The position numbers and the translations under genes are program-made. From Deltaproteobacteria bacterium (lineage in GTDB: Bacteria > Desulfobacterota > Binatia > UBA9968), in assembly GCA_016874755.1 (NCBI GenBank), contig VGTH01000005.1, positions 51,547 to 115,546 on the forward strand: DNA of 64,000 bases. The letters are read 5' to 3'. Shown here in pieces: positions 17,431-27,789 of this stretch (positions are counted from its first letter, which is position 1; each line of letters opens with the position of its first letter). The notes under the pieces were generated by a model that made no database searches, was not told the DNA's origin, and saw nothing but the letters and a program-made list of their open reading frames with translations.

Positions 17431-19353
17431 TCAGACTTTTTTGTTTCGCCGCTGTAGCAGGACTGCCGCGGCGAATAAGCAGAAGCCTATCAGGTCCGCA
17501 ATCCATTCGGGGTAAACCAGCACTAACCCGGCTGCGATGAGCATGACGCGCTCGATTCCTGTGGTTTTGTGCCGCAGCCAACCTGTCGCTCCCGCGGCCA
17601 ATGAGGCCAGGCCGACCAATGCCGTGGCGGTTGTCCATAGGATATTTGTCCAGGACCCTTTAAGGAGTAACGCAACGCCGTCCGGATGCAGCGTAAACAT
17701 GAAGGGCACCAAGAATGCTGGGATGGTGTATTTCCATGCCATCATCGTGGTTTTGTATGGATTCCCACCTGTGATCGCGGCGGCAGCGAACGGCGCTAGC
17801 GCCGTCGGCGGCGAGACTTCAGAGAGAACGGCATAGTAAAAAATAAACATATGCGCTGCGTATTCCGGTACGCCTAACTTGATCATCGCCGGCGCGGTGA
17901 TCACCGCAGCGATGATATACGAAGCGGTCACCGGCACGGCGAGGCCGAGAATCCACAAAGCAAGTGCAGTGTAGAGCACCGTGAGGAACAGGCTATTGCC
18001 GGCCAGCGTCAGAATGATCATCGAGAATTTGAGGCCCAATCCTGTCAGCGTCACCACACCAACGATGATCCCTGCCGTGGCGCAGGTGGCTGCCACTGAA
18101 AGCACGTCGGTGGCGCCTTTTTCGAACAGGTTCCATAAGCGCCTGGGCGTCAGTGCGGTGTCGCGGCGCAGATAGCTGAGAATAATTCCTAGCAGCGTGG
18201 CATAAGCGACGGAGAGTATCGCCGTGTATCCCCACATCATGAAGCCGATAATGGAGATGAGCGAAATGAAGTGGAAACCGTACTTGCGCGTCAGACTCCC
18301 CATGCTTTCGCCTTCGACTTGAATTGGCTGCGCGCCAAACTTGCGCGCATCGAGCTCGACCATGGTGAAGATCGACCAGTAGTAGAGCAGCGTCGGGATC
18401 ACGGCCATGGCAAGCACTTCGAGGTAAGAGATTTTCAGAAACTCAGCGATAAGAAACGCCGCCGCGCCGAGCACCGGCGGCGAGATGATCGCGCCGATGC
18501 CGCCGGCAGACAGCAAGCCGCCCGCGGACTCTTTGTCGTAGCCGGCTTTAGATAACAGCGGCCAGGAGACCGAACCGAGCGTTACGGTCGTCGCCACGCC
18601 GGAACCAGAAGGGCCGCCAAGTAAAAAGGATGCCAGCGTTACTGTTCGACCAGCCGCCGCTGGTTTGCCCCCGGTGGCGGCGAGGGAAAAGTTGACGTAG
18701 AACTCACCGGCTTTGGAAAATTCCAACACCGAACCGTAGATCGTAAAAAGAATGATAAACGTCGCCGCGACATCGAGCGGCACGCCAAAGATGCCTTCCA
18801 GCGTGACGTACATATGGCCGACGATGCGGTCGGCGGCATAGCCTTGATGCGTCCAGGGCGAAGGCAGGTAAGCGCCGAAGATGGCATAGGCCAAAAAGCC
18901 GATGGCGACAGCGGGTAGTACCCAACCTGTGGTGCGCCGCGTGGCTTCGAGAACGAGCAGAATTGTGATGATGCCGAAGATTTGATCGACGGTGTGTGGA
19001 ATCGCCGCGCGATAAATAAATTCCTCGAAATCCCAAAGGGGATAGCCGATGGCGGCAAGACTCAAGAGAATCAGCAGCCAATCGTGCCAAGGCACACCGC
19101 TACGCTTCTCGCCTCGGTAAGTGGGATAGATGATGAACGACAGCACCAAAGAGAAGCCAAGAAACACCAGTCGAAGAATCTGCGCGGTGACACTGGCCCA
19201 AGCCCAGTAAAGAAAAACCAGCGACATCGCCACGGCGGCGAAAGAAAACAGTCGCGCCGCAACGCCAGTTAATCGGCGCCTCGGCCCTTCTTCTTCCTGA
19301 ACGAATTGCTGTGCTGCTTCGAGACGGGAAGGATCGACGGTGTCTTCAGCCAT
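17431..19353 (-). CDS. TRAP transporter fused 4TM/12TM permease (TAXI-type)
   Basis: 640 aa polytopic membrane protein with the DctQ-like plus DctM-like fusion typical of TAXI-TRAP systems. Confidence 0.85.
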   Translation of the reverse strand: MAEDTVDPSRLEAAQQFVQEEEGPRRRLTGVAARLFSFAAVAMSLVFLYWAWASVTAQILRLVFLGFSLVLSFIIYPTYRGEKRSGVPWHDWLLILLSLAAIGYPLWDFEEFIYRAAIPHTVDQIFGIITILLVLEATRRTTGWVLPAVAIGFLAYAIFGAYLPSPWTHQGYAADRIVGHMYVTLEGIFGVPLDVAATFIILFTIYGSVLEFSKAGEFYVNFSLAATGGKPAAAGRTVTLASFLLGGPSGSGVATTVTLGSVSWPLLSKAGYDKESAGGLLSAGGIGAIISPPVLGAAAFLIAEFLKISYLEVLAMAVIPTLLYYWSIFTMVELDARKFGAQPIQVEGESMGSLTRKYGFHFISLISIIGFMMWGYTAILSVAYATLLGIILSYLRRDTALTPRRLWNLFEKGATDVLSVAATCATAGIIVGVVTLTGLGLKFSMIILTLAGNSLFLTVLYTALALWILGLAVPVTASYIIAAVITAPAMIKLGVPEYAAHMFIFYYAVLSEVSPPTALAPFAAAAITGGNPYKTTMMAWKYTIPAFLVPFMFTLHPDGVALLLKGSWTNILWTTATALVGLASLAAGATGWLRHKTTGIERVMLIAAGLVLVYPEWIADLIGFCLFAAAVLLQRRNKKV

Positions 19354-19948
19354 CAGATCCGGCCTCGCAAGCAGCGACGGCTACTCGCAAAGCACCGCCG
19401 GGTGGCAATAGAAATTCGTGGGATTTTGTCGCAGAGATCAGAGCAAGGGTCATCGCGGAGTCGTCGCTCACCCGCAAGTTTAGCACAGGGTAAAGCAGCG
19501 GCCCGGGCGTCACCACCCATGAGCCGTTTTCTTCGCGCGCACCTTCGTGGCCGTAGAATGCCACCAAGCGCGCCTCGCCGTAGCGCAGTTGTTGTAGCTC
19601 GAAGCCTTGTTCGCGCACAGTGAAAATTTCCTCGACGGTGCCGCCGTAGATAGAGTGGGTGAAGCGGATGCGGAGTTGGTTGCCGGGAGTAGTGGGAACT
19701 ATGTGACCTAGTTGGCGGTCTTTTTTAAAGGACAGACAGGCTTGTGCAAATACAGTGGTCGAGTCAAGCAAAAGTGTTAGCACGATGGAGAACCATAACA
19801 GTGTCGACGAGAAAAAATCCCCCCGGCCCGCCTTTTTCAAAGGGCGGTTCACACGCGGCCTTTCTAAGGTAGCGTCGCCGATCTGAGAATGAGATCCGAA
19901 ATCCTCCTTTGGCAAAGGGGGACACAGGGAGATTTTCTTCGACGTCAT
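19346..19948 (-). CDS. DUF1850-like protein of TAXI-TRAP operons
   Basis: About 200 aa ORF overlapping both the permease start and the receptor stop by a few nt, in the position where DUF1850 is usually found. Assignment is by context and length only. Confidence 0.4.
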   Translation of the reverse strand: MTSKKISLCPPLPKEDFGSHSQIGDATLERPRVNRPLKKAGRGDFFSSTLLWFSIVLTLLLDSTTVFAQACLSFKKDRQLGHIVPTTPGNQLRIRFTHSIYGGTVEEIFTVREQGFELQQLRYGEARLVAFYGHEGAREENGSWVVTPGPLLYPVLNLRVSDDSAMTLALISATKSHEFLLPPGGALRVAVAACEAGSDG

Positions 19949-20934
19949 TTTCCGCTCGTCGGCACTCTCACGCCTTTCTCTTTGTAGTAGCGCAGCGCGC
20001 CGGGATGAAATGGAATCGGCGAGCCGACGACGGCATTTTTCAAGCTAATATCCGTGGCCGCTTTGTGCACCGCAACCAGATCGGCGGTGTGTTCAAGGAG
20101 AAGCCTGGTAATCTGATAGGCGAGGTCATCGCTCATCTTTTCATTGACAATCAGCAAATTGGTCGCCGCCGCCACCGGCACGTCTTCATCGATGCCTTTG
20201 TACATTCCTTTGGCGATGGGGCTGACGAAGTAAAGTGGACCGTATTTGGCGACCATTTTAGGAATCGCGTCGGCATGGGGTACCATGTGGATTTTCATCC
20301 CCGGGGTTGCGGCGAGGTCGAGCACCGCCGCTGTCGGCAAACCGCCGTCCCAGAAAAAGGCGTCGATTTTGCGGTCCTTCATGGCGCCCGCCGATTCGGC
20401 TGCGCCGAGGCGCTCTTGGGCTTTCAGATCGGCGGGTGTGAGACCGTAGGCTTCCATTACCCGCAAGCCTTTAACTTCAACGCCGGAACCCGGTGCGCCG
20501 GTGGAGACTCTTTTGCCTCTCAAGTCCGTGACGGTCTTGATGCCGCTGCCGTCGGCGGCGACGATGTGCATGTAGTTGGAATAGAGCGCCATCAAGGACC
20601 GGATGTTGGCTTTGTCTTTCATGCCTTTGATCTGTCCGGAAAAACCGTCCCACGCGGTATCGGGCAGCGAGAAGGCCATGCCGACGCGGTTGCCGTGCAG
20701 CAGTTTGACGTTATCCACCGATGCCGTGGTGACTTCGGCCGTCGCGTCGGCATTGGGAACATGTTTGGAGATCAGGGAAGCCATGCCGCCGCCCAGCGGA
20801 TAATAGACACCGCCGGTACCGCCGGTGGCGATGGCGATGCGGGTTTTGGTTTGAGCATCGACTTTCGGCGATGCCAGCAACAACGCTAGTCCAATTAGAC
20901 CGGCAAATCGTGAGGTGCGGTTTTGTAGTAACAT
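19945..20934 (-). CDS. TRAP transporter solute receptor, TAXI family
   Basis: Signal peptide then TRIAIATGGTGGVYYPLGGGMASLI, the TAXI signature. Start at MLLQNRT is preceded by ggggggaaag. Confidence 0.85.
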   Translation of the reverse strand: MLLQNRTSRFAGLIGLALLLASPKVDAQTKTRIAIATGGTGGVYYPLGGGMASLISKHVPNADATAEVTTASVDNVKLLHGNRVGMAFSLPDTAWDGFSGQIKGMKDKANIRSLMALYSNYMHIVAADGSGIKTVTDLRGKRVSTGAPGSGVEVKGLRVMEAYGLTPADLKAQERLGAAESAGAMKDRKIDAFFWDGGLPTAAVLDLAATPGMKIHMVPHADAIPKMVAKYGPLYFVSPIAKGMYKGIDEDVPVAAATNLLIVNEKMSDDLAYQITRLLLEHTADLVAVHKAATDISLKNAVVGSPIPFHPGALRYYKEKGVRVPTSGK

Positions 20935-21122
20935 CTTTCCCCCCGTTTCGTGGTAATAAACTTGCACCTGTTAGACGAAAAGTGGCATCAAACCAAGCAA
21001 AAGCCAAACGAGGTCAGCAGGCACGAATTGAACTGGACTGATGCGGTTGATACAAAGCTAGCGATTCAATATCGCTCACGCAGGAATGTCAAGCGCGAGG
21101 TCAATCAGGAATTGGGGGCAAA

Positions 21123-21665
21123 ATGAGTAACCAAGTTGCAATCTTTGGCGGCGGCTGTTTCTGGTGCACCGAGGCGGTTTTCGACGAGCTGAAAGGCGTG
21201 CAATCGGTGGTGTCCGGCTACATTGGCGGCACGGTGAAAAATCCCAGCTACGAACAAGTCTGCATGGGCAACACCGGCCACGCCGAGGCGATCAAGATCG
21301 AATTCGACGATGCGCGGATTTCGTTTCGCGATTTGATGACGGTTTTTTTCGCCACCCACGATCCGACGACGCTCAATCGCCAGGGCAACGACGTCGGCAC
21401 CCAATATCGCTCGGCGATTTTCTACGCCGACGAAAAGCAAAAAGCAGAGGCCGCTGTGTATATGAAAGAACTGGACGAGGCGAAGACGTTTAAGAATTCG
21501 ATCGTGACGACGCTGGAGCCGTTGACCGAGTTCTGCGCCGCGGAAGATTATCACCAAAAATTTTATGCGAACAATCCGTTCCAGCCCTACTGCCAGTACA
21601 TGATCCCGCCCAAGCTGAGCAAGCTGCACAAGCAGTTCAAAGAGCTGCTGAAGTCACATAGTTGA
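21123..21665 (+). CDS. msrA: peptide methionine sulfoxide reductase MsrA
   Basis: AIFGGGCFWCTEAVF active-site motif; 180 aa. Confidence 0.95.
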   Translation: MSNQVAIFGGGCFWCTEAVFDELKGVQSVVSGYIGGTVKNPSYEQVCMGNTGHAEAIKIEFDDARISFRDLMTVFFATHDPTTLNRQGNDVGTQYRSAIFYADEKQKAEAAVYMKELDEAKTFKNSIVTTLEPLTEFCAAEDYHQKFYANNPFQPYCQYMIPPKLSKLHKQFKELLKSHS

Positions 21666-22016
21666 TTTAGGATCACCGCCCGAGAAAAATTTGCCCAAAC
21701 TCCTTGGCTGTTTGCTCCATGATGGGGCGGATGAAATCCACGTCGGCGTGGAAGCTCTCTTTTTCCATCAATTCTAGGAAACGCTGCTTGACCCCTTTGC
21801 GGGCGGAGACGCGGCCGAAAGTCGTGACGGGGACTTGGCCTTCGTCCGATAACGCCCAGTCGCTATGTGCCCTTTCCGCCACGACGATTTTCGCCGCGGC
21901 GGCAAGTGCGGATATCGCACTAGCACGGTGGTGTCAAATCCATTGGCTGCATAACTTCTTATATTGACTCCATTTTTAGGATTCGATAGCGTCCCCGACA
22001 TACTTCGGAGGCTCGC

Positions 22017-22868
22017 ATGGAGCAACTTAAGCCGGTGAAAAGCGGCAAGGTCAAAGTCGACGACGTTAACCTTTACTGCGAAATCTACGGCCAGGGCGAT
22101 CCGCTGGTGCTGGTGGCCGGCACAGGGATTAGCTGCGCGCCGTGGCGCGTCTCGCAGGTGCCGGAGTTCGCCAAGCATTATCAAGTCGTCATCTACGATC
22201 ACCGCGGCCTGGGGCGGAGCGACAAGCCGGACATGCCCTATTCCACAGAACTGTTTGCCCAGGATTGCGCCGGGCTCATGGACGCGCTCGGTATCAAGAA
22301 AGCCCATATGCTGGGCCATTCTATGGGTGCGCGGGTCTTGCAGTGGTTCGCGCTAAAGTATCCGGAAAAGGTGCGCAGCCTGGTGCTGTCCGGTCCCGGC
22401 TCGGGAAAATATGAGGAATCCCTCGATTATCCGCGCGGTGTGCCTATGGACGCGGCCTTGGAGATGATCGAAAAGGGCTACGAGAAATATCAGAGCGACC
22501 ACTGGGGGCCGGGCTTCATGTTCAGCGAGCAGTTCATGAAAGAGCACCCGGAAGTCGTCAAGCAGTATCAAGACCTGATCGTCGACGAAGTGCCGCCGCT
22601 CAAATGTTACCTGCGCCATGTGGTCGCGCGCCAGTGCCACGAAGCGACCCATCTCATTCATGATATCAAAGCGCCGACGCTGGTGATCGTCGGCAGCAAG
22701 GACACGCACGAAGGCGGCACCGGCAACCATGTGGAATCGGCGAAGGTTCTCGCCGCGAAGATTCCCGGTGCACAGTTGCATTTGGTCGAAGGCGGAAGAC
22801 ATGGCTACCTGCGCGAGATGCCCGAGAAAGGCCATCCGCCGATATTGGATTTTCTGCGGCGACACTGA
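22017..22868 (+). CDS. alpha/beta hydrolase fold protein
   Basis: LVLVAGTGIS...HMLGHSMGARV (GxSxG) and a C-terminal His. Resembles enol-lactonase or haloperoxidase-type hydrolases. Confidence 0.85.
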   Translation: MEQLKPVKSGKVKVDDVNLYCEIYGQGDPLVLVAGTGISCAPWRVSQVPEFAKHYQVVIYDHRGLGRSDKPDMPYSTELFAQDCAGLMDALGIKKAHMLGHSMGARVLQWFALKYPEKVRSLVLSGPGSGKYEESLDYPRGVPMDAALEMIEKGYEKYQSDHWGPGFMFSEQFMKEHPEVVKQYQDLIVDEVPPLKCYLRHVVARQCHEATHLIHDIKAPTLVIVGSKDTHEGGTGNHVESAKVLAAKIPGAQLHLVEGGRHGYLREMPEKGHPPILDFLRRH

Positions 22869-22964
22869 GAAAGGATAACTCACCAAGTAGATACGAAGAG
22901 CAAGAAGTTCGGATGTCCGTCGTGTCTTTGCCGCGAACAGTGCTTTCGGCCACTGGAGAAACCC

Positions 22965-24494
22965 GTGTTGATAAAACATGAATTTGCTGTGACGCGAAGA
23001 GATTTTCTGCGCGGTGTGCTCGCCACTGGCACCGGCTTGGCCGTCGGCCGCGATTTTTCCTGGGCGGGCAGCGCGCCGGAGCGTTTGGTCGTGGCGATGA
23101 GTGTGGGCGTCGATGCGATGAGCCCTTACGCGCAGACCGACGCACCGCTTTACGGCCTGTGGGGCCATGTGATGGAGTCGCTGGTAGACACCGAGTACGA
23201 TAAGAAGGGGATGGGGTTTCGCGGCGAGCTGGCCGAGTCGTGGAGTCCCAAAGGCAGCGAGTGGACCTTTAAACTACGCAAAGGAGTGGTCTTCCACGAC
23301 GGCTCGCCGTTGACGGCGAAGGATGTTGCCTATTCCTTCGATCGCATCCTCAACGACAAGGATAGCTTGCAGCGCCCCAATCTCTCCGACATCAAAGAGA
23401 TCAAAACAGCCGATGACAACACGCTCGTGCTCGTGACCAAAGGGCCCAAGGTGGCGCTGTTGTCGCTCCTGTACAATCGGATAATTTTAAGTCACAAAGC
23501 CGCCGAGCGCCTAGGCGACAAAGTCGACACGCAAGCCATCGGCACTGGACCGTACCGCTATGTCTCGTGGCAGCGCGGCGGCTACTTCACCATGCGGCGC
23601 AATGACAAATATTGGGGCAGAGCCGCGACCATCCGCGAAATCGTCTGGCGCCCGATCAAAGAGCCGGCGGCGCGCGTGGCGGCCATCGAATCGGGCCAAG
23701 CGGATATCATCAATCAGGTGCCGGTGCACGATATCGAGCGGCTCAAGCGGAACTCGCGGGTGCGCGTCGAGCTGGTGCGTGGCCTGCGCAATCTTTACAT
23801 CGGCTTGAATCCGGGTCATAAACCCTTCGATAATAAACTGGTGCGCCAGGCGTTTAATTACGCCGTCGATCAGGAATCGATCATCAAACATATTCACGAA
23901 GCCCAGGTTTACGCTCTCAAGGGACTGCTCGCGCCGCAGAATTACGGCTACGATCCCGACCTGGCCAACTATCCCTACGACCCAGAAAAGGCGAAAAAAC
24001 TTCTCACCGAAGCGGGCTACCCCAACGGTGTTACGGTGGATTTCTACACCCACACCGGCCGCTACTCGAAAGACAAAGAGACTGCGGAGGCGATCGTCAG
24101 CCAGCTCGCCAAAGCCGGCATCAAAGCGGATATTAAGACACCCGAGTACGCCATCTACGAGGCGGAGTTTAACGCCGGCAAGTACGGCATGTATATGTTC
24201 GGGCGCGGCTCGATTACCGATCCCGAACCGTTTTACATCCGCTATTTTCGCTCCGGGCGGGGCAAGCGCTTGCTCTACAAAAATGCCGAATTCGACCGCA
24301 TCTTCGATTTGCAGTCGGAAACCTTCGACGCCGCCAAGCGCGAAGAGATGCTGCGCCAGATGGGGCGCATCTTGCATGAGGACTGTCCGGTGATTCCTCT
24401 CTATAATACCGCCGACGTGTACGCCGTGCGGCGGGATCTCGCGTGGACGCCGCGGCCGGATGAGAAAATTCAACTGACGGCCGCCAAGTTCTAA
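22965..24494 (+). CDS. ABC transporter substrate-binding protein, family 5 (Dpp/Opp/Nik-like), Tat signal
   Basis: TRRDFLRGVLATGTGLAVG twin-arginine leader and a 509 aa SBP_bac_5 architecture. Confidence 0.85.
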   Translation: MLIKHEFAVTRRDFLRGVLATGTGLAVGRDFSWAGSAPERLVVAMSVGVDAMSPYAQTDAPLYGLWGHVMESLVDTEYDKKGMGFRGELAESWSPKGSEWTFKLRKGVVFHDGSPLTAKDVAYSFDRILNDKDSLQRPNLSDIKEIKTADDNTLVLVTKGPKVALLSLLYNRIILSHKAAERLGDKVDTQAIGTGPYRYVSWQRGGYFTMRRNDKYWGRAATIREIVWRPIKEPAARVAAIESGQADIINQVPVHDIERLKRNSRVRVELVRGLRNLYIGLNPGHKPFDNKLVRQAFNYAVDQESIIKHIHEAQVYALKGLLAPQNYGYDPDLANYPYDPEKAKKLLTEAGYPNGVTVDFYTHTGRYSKDKETAEAIVSQLAKAGIKADIKTPEYAIYEAEFNAGKYGMYMFGRGSITDPEPFYIRYFRSGRGKRLLYKNAEFDRIFDLQSETFDAAKREEMLRQMGRILHEDCPVIPLYNTADVYAVRRDLAWTPRPDEKIQLTAAKF

Positions 24495-24510
24495 AGGCCG
24501 AGGAGTCGCC

Positions 24511-25797
24511 GTGAACAAAAAAGAGGTCCTTGAGAAACAGAAAAAGTATTTGTTCTCCTGTGTGGCGACCTACTACGACGAGCCGTTGGTCGTCGATCAT
24601 GCCAAGGATCATTCGGTCTTCGATGCCGATGGTAAAGAGTATCTGGACTTCTTCGGCGGCATTCTCACCGTCAGCGTGGGCCACAACAATGACAAAGTCA
24701 GCAAAGCCATCGTCGATCAGACCCACAAGGTCCAGCATATGTCGACGCTCTACGCCAACGAGCCGCAGGTCAATCTCGCGGAAAAGCTGGCGCAGATCAC
24801 CCCGGGACGTTTAGAGAAATCGTTTTTCACCAACAGCGGCACCGAAGCCAACGAGACAGCGGTTCTTCTGGCGCAGATCTACACCAAGTGCCAGGACGTG
24901 ATCACGCTGCGGCACAGCTACAGCGGACGGTCTTACCTAGCGTTGAGTCTCTCGGCGCAATCGAGCTGGCGGCTGATGCCCAATGTCGTGCCGGGGGTGC
25001 ACCATATCGCCAACGCTTATTGTTACCGCTGCCCTTACGGGTTGACCTATCCGAGCTGCGATATCAAATGCGCCACGGATGCTGAAGAAGCGATTCAGAC
25101 TATGACCTCACAAGGGCGGGTCGCGGCGTTTCTCGCTGAGCCGATCCAGGGTGTCGGCGGTTTCATCGTGCCGCCCAAGGAATATTTCAAAATCATCGTC
25201 GATATAATTCGCAAACATGGCGGCCTTTTTATCGCCGATGAAGTGCAGACCGGCTGGGGTCGCACCGGCGGCAAGATGTTTGGCATCGAGCATTGGGGCG
25301 TCGACCCCGACATCATGACCTTCGCCAAGGGCATGGCCAACGGCGTGCCCATCGGCGCGACCATCGCGACGCCGGAGGTGGCCGACGCGATGCAGGGCAA
25401 CACCATATCGACTTTCGGCGGCAACCCGGTCACCTGCACGGCTGCGAATGCGACCATCAATGTCATAGAAGAAGAAAACTTAGTCGAGAACGCACGCGTG
25501 ATGGGCAACCGGTTGCGCGACGGGTTGAACGCGTTGCAGCAAAAGTATCCGATCATCGGCGATGTTCGCGGCATGGGCTTGATGCAGGGCATGGAGTTAG
25601 TCGGCGAAAAGAAAAAGCCCGACGCCGAAAGCACCAAGCGGTTGGTGGAGTTGACCAAAAACAATGGCCTGCTATTGGGTAAGGGCGGCACCTATGGCAA
25701 TGTGCTGCGCATCGCGCCGTCTTTGAATGTTAACAAGGATGAAGTGGACCACGCGCTGAAGGTCTTGGATCAGTCGTTTGCGCAGTTGGGGCAGTAA
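24511..25797 (+). CDS. class III pyridoxal-phosphate aminotransferase (omega-aminotransferase family)
   Basis: LFIADEVQTGWGRTGGKMFGIEHWGVDPDIMTFAKGMANGVPIGA contains the PLP-binding Lys. Confidence 0.9.
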   Translation: MNKKEVLEKQKKYLFSCVATYYDEPLVVDHAKDHSVFDADGKEYLDFFGGILTVSVGHNNDKVSKAIVDQTHKVQHMSTLYANEPQVNLAEKLAQITPGRLEKSFFTNSGTEANETAVLLAQIYTKCQDVITLRHSYSGRSYLALSLSAQSSWRLMPNVVPGVHHIANAYCYRCPYGLTYPSCDIKCATDAEEAIQTMTSQGRVAAFLAEPIQGVGGFIVPPKEYFKIIVDIIRKHGGLFIADEVQTGWGRTGGKMFGIEHWGVDPDIMTFAKGMANGVPIGATIATPEVADAMQGNTISTFGGNPVTCTAANATINVIEEENLVENARVMGNRLRDGLNALQQKYPIIGDVRGMGLMQGMELVGEKKKPDAESTKRLVELTKNNGLLLGKGGTYGNVLRIAPSLNVNKDEVDHALKVLDQSFAQLGQ

Positions 25798-25850
25798 AAG
25801 AAAAAGATACATAGTCACCACGAAGGACACGAAGATCACGAAGTTCGGAT

Positions 25851-25885
25851 GTAGGGGCGAAATATTTTTCGCCCTTCCTTCGTGC
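25851..25885 (+). terminator. intrinsic terminator carrying the conserved GTAGGGGCG hairpin
   Basis: gtaggggcgaaatatttttcgccc then ttccttcg, preceded by the shared word acgaagatcacgaagttcggatgt. Confidence 0.55.
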
Positions 25886-25921
25886 GCTGCGTGGTGAAAT
25901 GGGATTTATTAGTTCTCTCGC

Positions 25922-26920
25922 ATGAACACCCTCCTTCGCAGAAGCCTGGGCGCTATCCCGGTTATCATCGCCATCTCGTTTTTAATTTTTCTTTTGATGC
26001 ACATCGCGCCGGGTGACCCGGTGACATTGATGTTGGGCGACAACGCCACTCCTGAGGACGTCGAGAAGCTGCGCCGGGAGTTGGGTTTTGACAAACCCAT
26101 CCTGGCTCAATATTGGGATTTTCTCTCACAAGCGGTGCGCGGCGATTTCGGCCGGTCGCTCAAGTTCGGCGAGCCGGTGATGAAACTGGTTGCCGAGCGG
26201 TTGCCGGCGACCTTGGAGCTAGCGTTTGCGAGCCTTTTTGTTGCAATTTTGATCTCGGTGCCAGTTGGCGTCTACTCGGCTATCAAACACAATTCGCTGC
26301 TCGATCACGCCGGCATGAGCGTCGCCTTGGTGGGCGTTTCCCTGCCTAATTTTTGGCTTGGCATCATGCTGATCTACTTTCTCGGCGGGCAGTTGAATCT
26401 ATTGCCCGTGGCGGGGCGCATCGAATACGGCATCGAGATTAAATCGATCACCGGTCTCTATCTTTTTGACAGCCTCATAACCGGCAACTTCACTGCGTTT
26501 TGGAGCGTGGCCAAGCACCTTTTGATGCCGGCCGTTACCCTGGGCTCAGCCTTGGCAGCGATTGTGACGCGCATTTCTCGTTCCAGCGTGTTGGAGGTCA
26601 TGCGCCAGGACTATGTCACAACCGCGCGCGCCAAGGGGCTGAGTGAAAAGGCGGTCATCTGGCGCCATATCCTGCGCAACGCGCTGATTACCATCGTGAC
26701 GATTCTCGGCTTGCAGCTTGGCGCCTTGCTCAGTGGCTCGGTGGTCACCGAAACGGTTTTTTCCTATCCGGGCATCGGCGATCTTTTGATCCAGTCGATC
26801 TCGGCGCGCGACTATAAGCTTACGCAGATTCTGATACTGATGTTCGCGATTACTTACTTCGTGGTCAATTTACTGGTGGACTTTCTCTATAGCTGGATTG
26901 ATCCGAGGATCAAGTTTTAA
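25922..26920 (+). CDS. ABC transporter permease (DppB/OppB-like)
   Basis: 332 aa, six transmembrane segments, binding-protein-dependent transport signature region. Confidence 0.9.
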   Translation: MNTLLRRSLGAIPVIIAISFLIFLLMHIAPGDPVTLMLGDNATPEDVEKLRRELGFDKPILAQYWDFLSQAVRGDFGRSLKFGEPVMKLVAERLPATLELAFASLFVAILISVPVGVYSAIKHNSLLDHAGMSVALVGVSLPNFWLGIMLIYFLGGQLNLLPVAGRIEYGIEIKSITGLYLFDSLITGNFTAFWSVAKHLLMPAVTLGSALAAIVTRISRSSVLEVMRQDYVTTARAKGLSEKAVIWRHILRNALITIVTILGLQLGALLSGSVVTETVFSYPGIGDLLIQSISARDYKLTQILILMFAITYFVVNLLVDFLYSWIDPRIKF

Positions 26921-27759
26921 TGCTATCGTTTCGCCACTTAAAAATTTGGGTCGGCGGGGCTATCCTTGCGCTGTTGGTGGTTTGTGGCGTTGCCGCGCCG
27001 CTGTTGGCGCCGCGCGATCCGCAGATGCAGACCCTGGAAGACCGGTTGCGGCCGCCGCGCTGGACGAAAAATGGCTTGCCGGCGTACTTGCTTGGCACCG
27101 ATAACCTCGGCCGCGATATGTTGAGTCGGATTATTTACGGCTCGCGTATTTCGCTCATGGTCGGCGCCGCAACCGTGATCTTCGCCGGTGTTGTCGGCTG
27201 CACGCTGGGCGCCGTCGCTGGTTACTTTGGCAAGACGGCCGACGAAATCGTCAGCAAGGTATCCGAAATCTTTCTGGCTTTTCCATTCTTGTTGATTGCC
27301 ATCGCGATCATGGCCTTTCTCGGCCAAGGGGTGGGTAATCTCATCATGGCGTTGATGCTCAGCCGTTGGGTACAGTATTGCCGTGTGGTGCGCGGCGAGG
27401 TGCTGTCTTTGAAAGAGCGTGACTTTGTCACCGCTGCAAAAGCGCTGGGCGGCCAGGATTTCTATGTCCTGTTTCGTCACGTGGTGCCCAATACGCTGGC
27501 AAGCGTGACGGTCATTGCGACCTTCGGCATGGCGATCGTGATCATCACCGAAGCGAGCCTGAGCTTTTTGGGTCTGGGCGTGCCGGTGCATATTCCCACG
27601 TGGGGTTCGATGCTTGCCGAGGGCAGGAGCTACATCAACCGGGCCCCGTGGCTGACTATCTTCCCTGGGCTGGCAATTTTTATTACGGTATTTGGTATCA
27701 ATCTGCTGGGCGACGGGCTCAGGGATATTTTCGATCCGAAGCTGAGACGGCAACGTTAG
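26920..27759 (+). CDS. ABC transporter permease (DppC/OppC-like)
   Basis: 279 aa polytopic protein. Start overlaps the upstream stop (ATGCTA/TAATG). Confidence 0.9.
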   Translation: MLSFRHLKIWVGGAILALLVVCGVAAPLLAPRDPQMQTLEDRLRPPRWTKNGLPAYLLGTDNLGRDMLSRIIYGSRISLMVGAATVIFAGVVGCTLGAVAGYFGKTADEIVSKVSEIFLAFPFLLIAIAIMAFLGQGVGNLIMALMLSRWVQYCRVVRGEVLSLKERDFVTAAKALGGQDFYVLFRHVVPNTLASVTVIATFGMAIVIITEASLSFLGLGVPVHIPTWGSMLAEGRSYINRAPWLTIFPGLAIFITVFGINLLGDGLRDIFDPKLRRQR

Positions 27760-27789
27760 TGGAAAATGGAAATTATTCGGAGGGTGATC

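Noticed and set aside
21105-21629. 174-aa minus-strand ORF opposite msrA
   Set aside because: Antisense shadow ORF of a confidently identified gene. Arg/Leu-rich composition typical of out-of-frame GC-rich DNA.
21673-21960. Orphan 69-aa minus-strand ORF (…VTTFGRVSARKGVKQRFLELMEKESFHADVDFIRPIMEQTAKEFGQIFLGR) in the msrA-hydrolase spacer
   Set aside because: The frame is closed by a stop a few codons upstream and has no ATG or RBS. It may be the C-terminal remnant of a lost gene, but I could not assign a family, so it is not reported as a feature.
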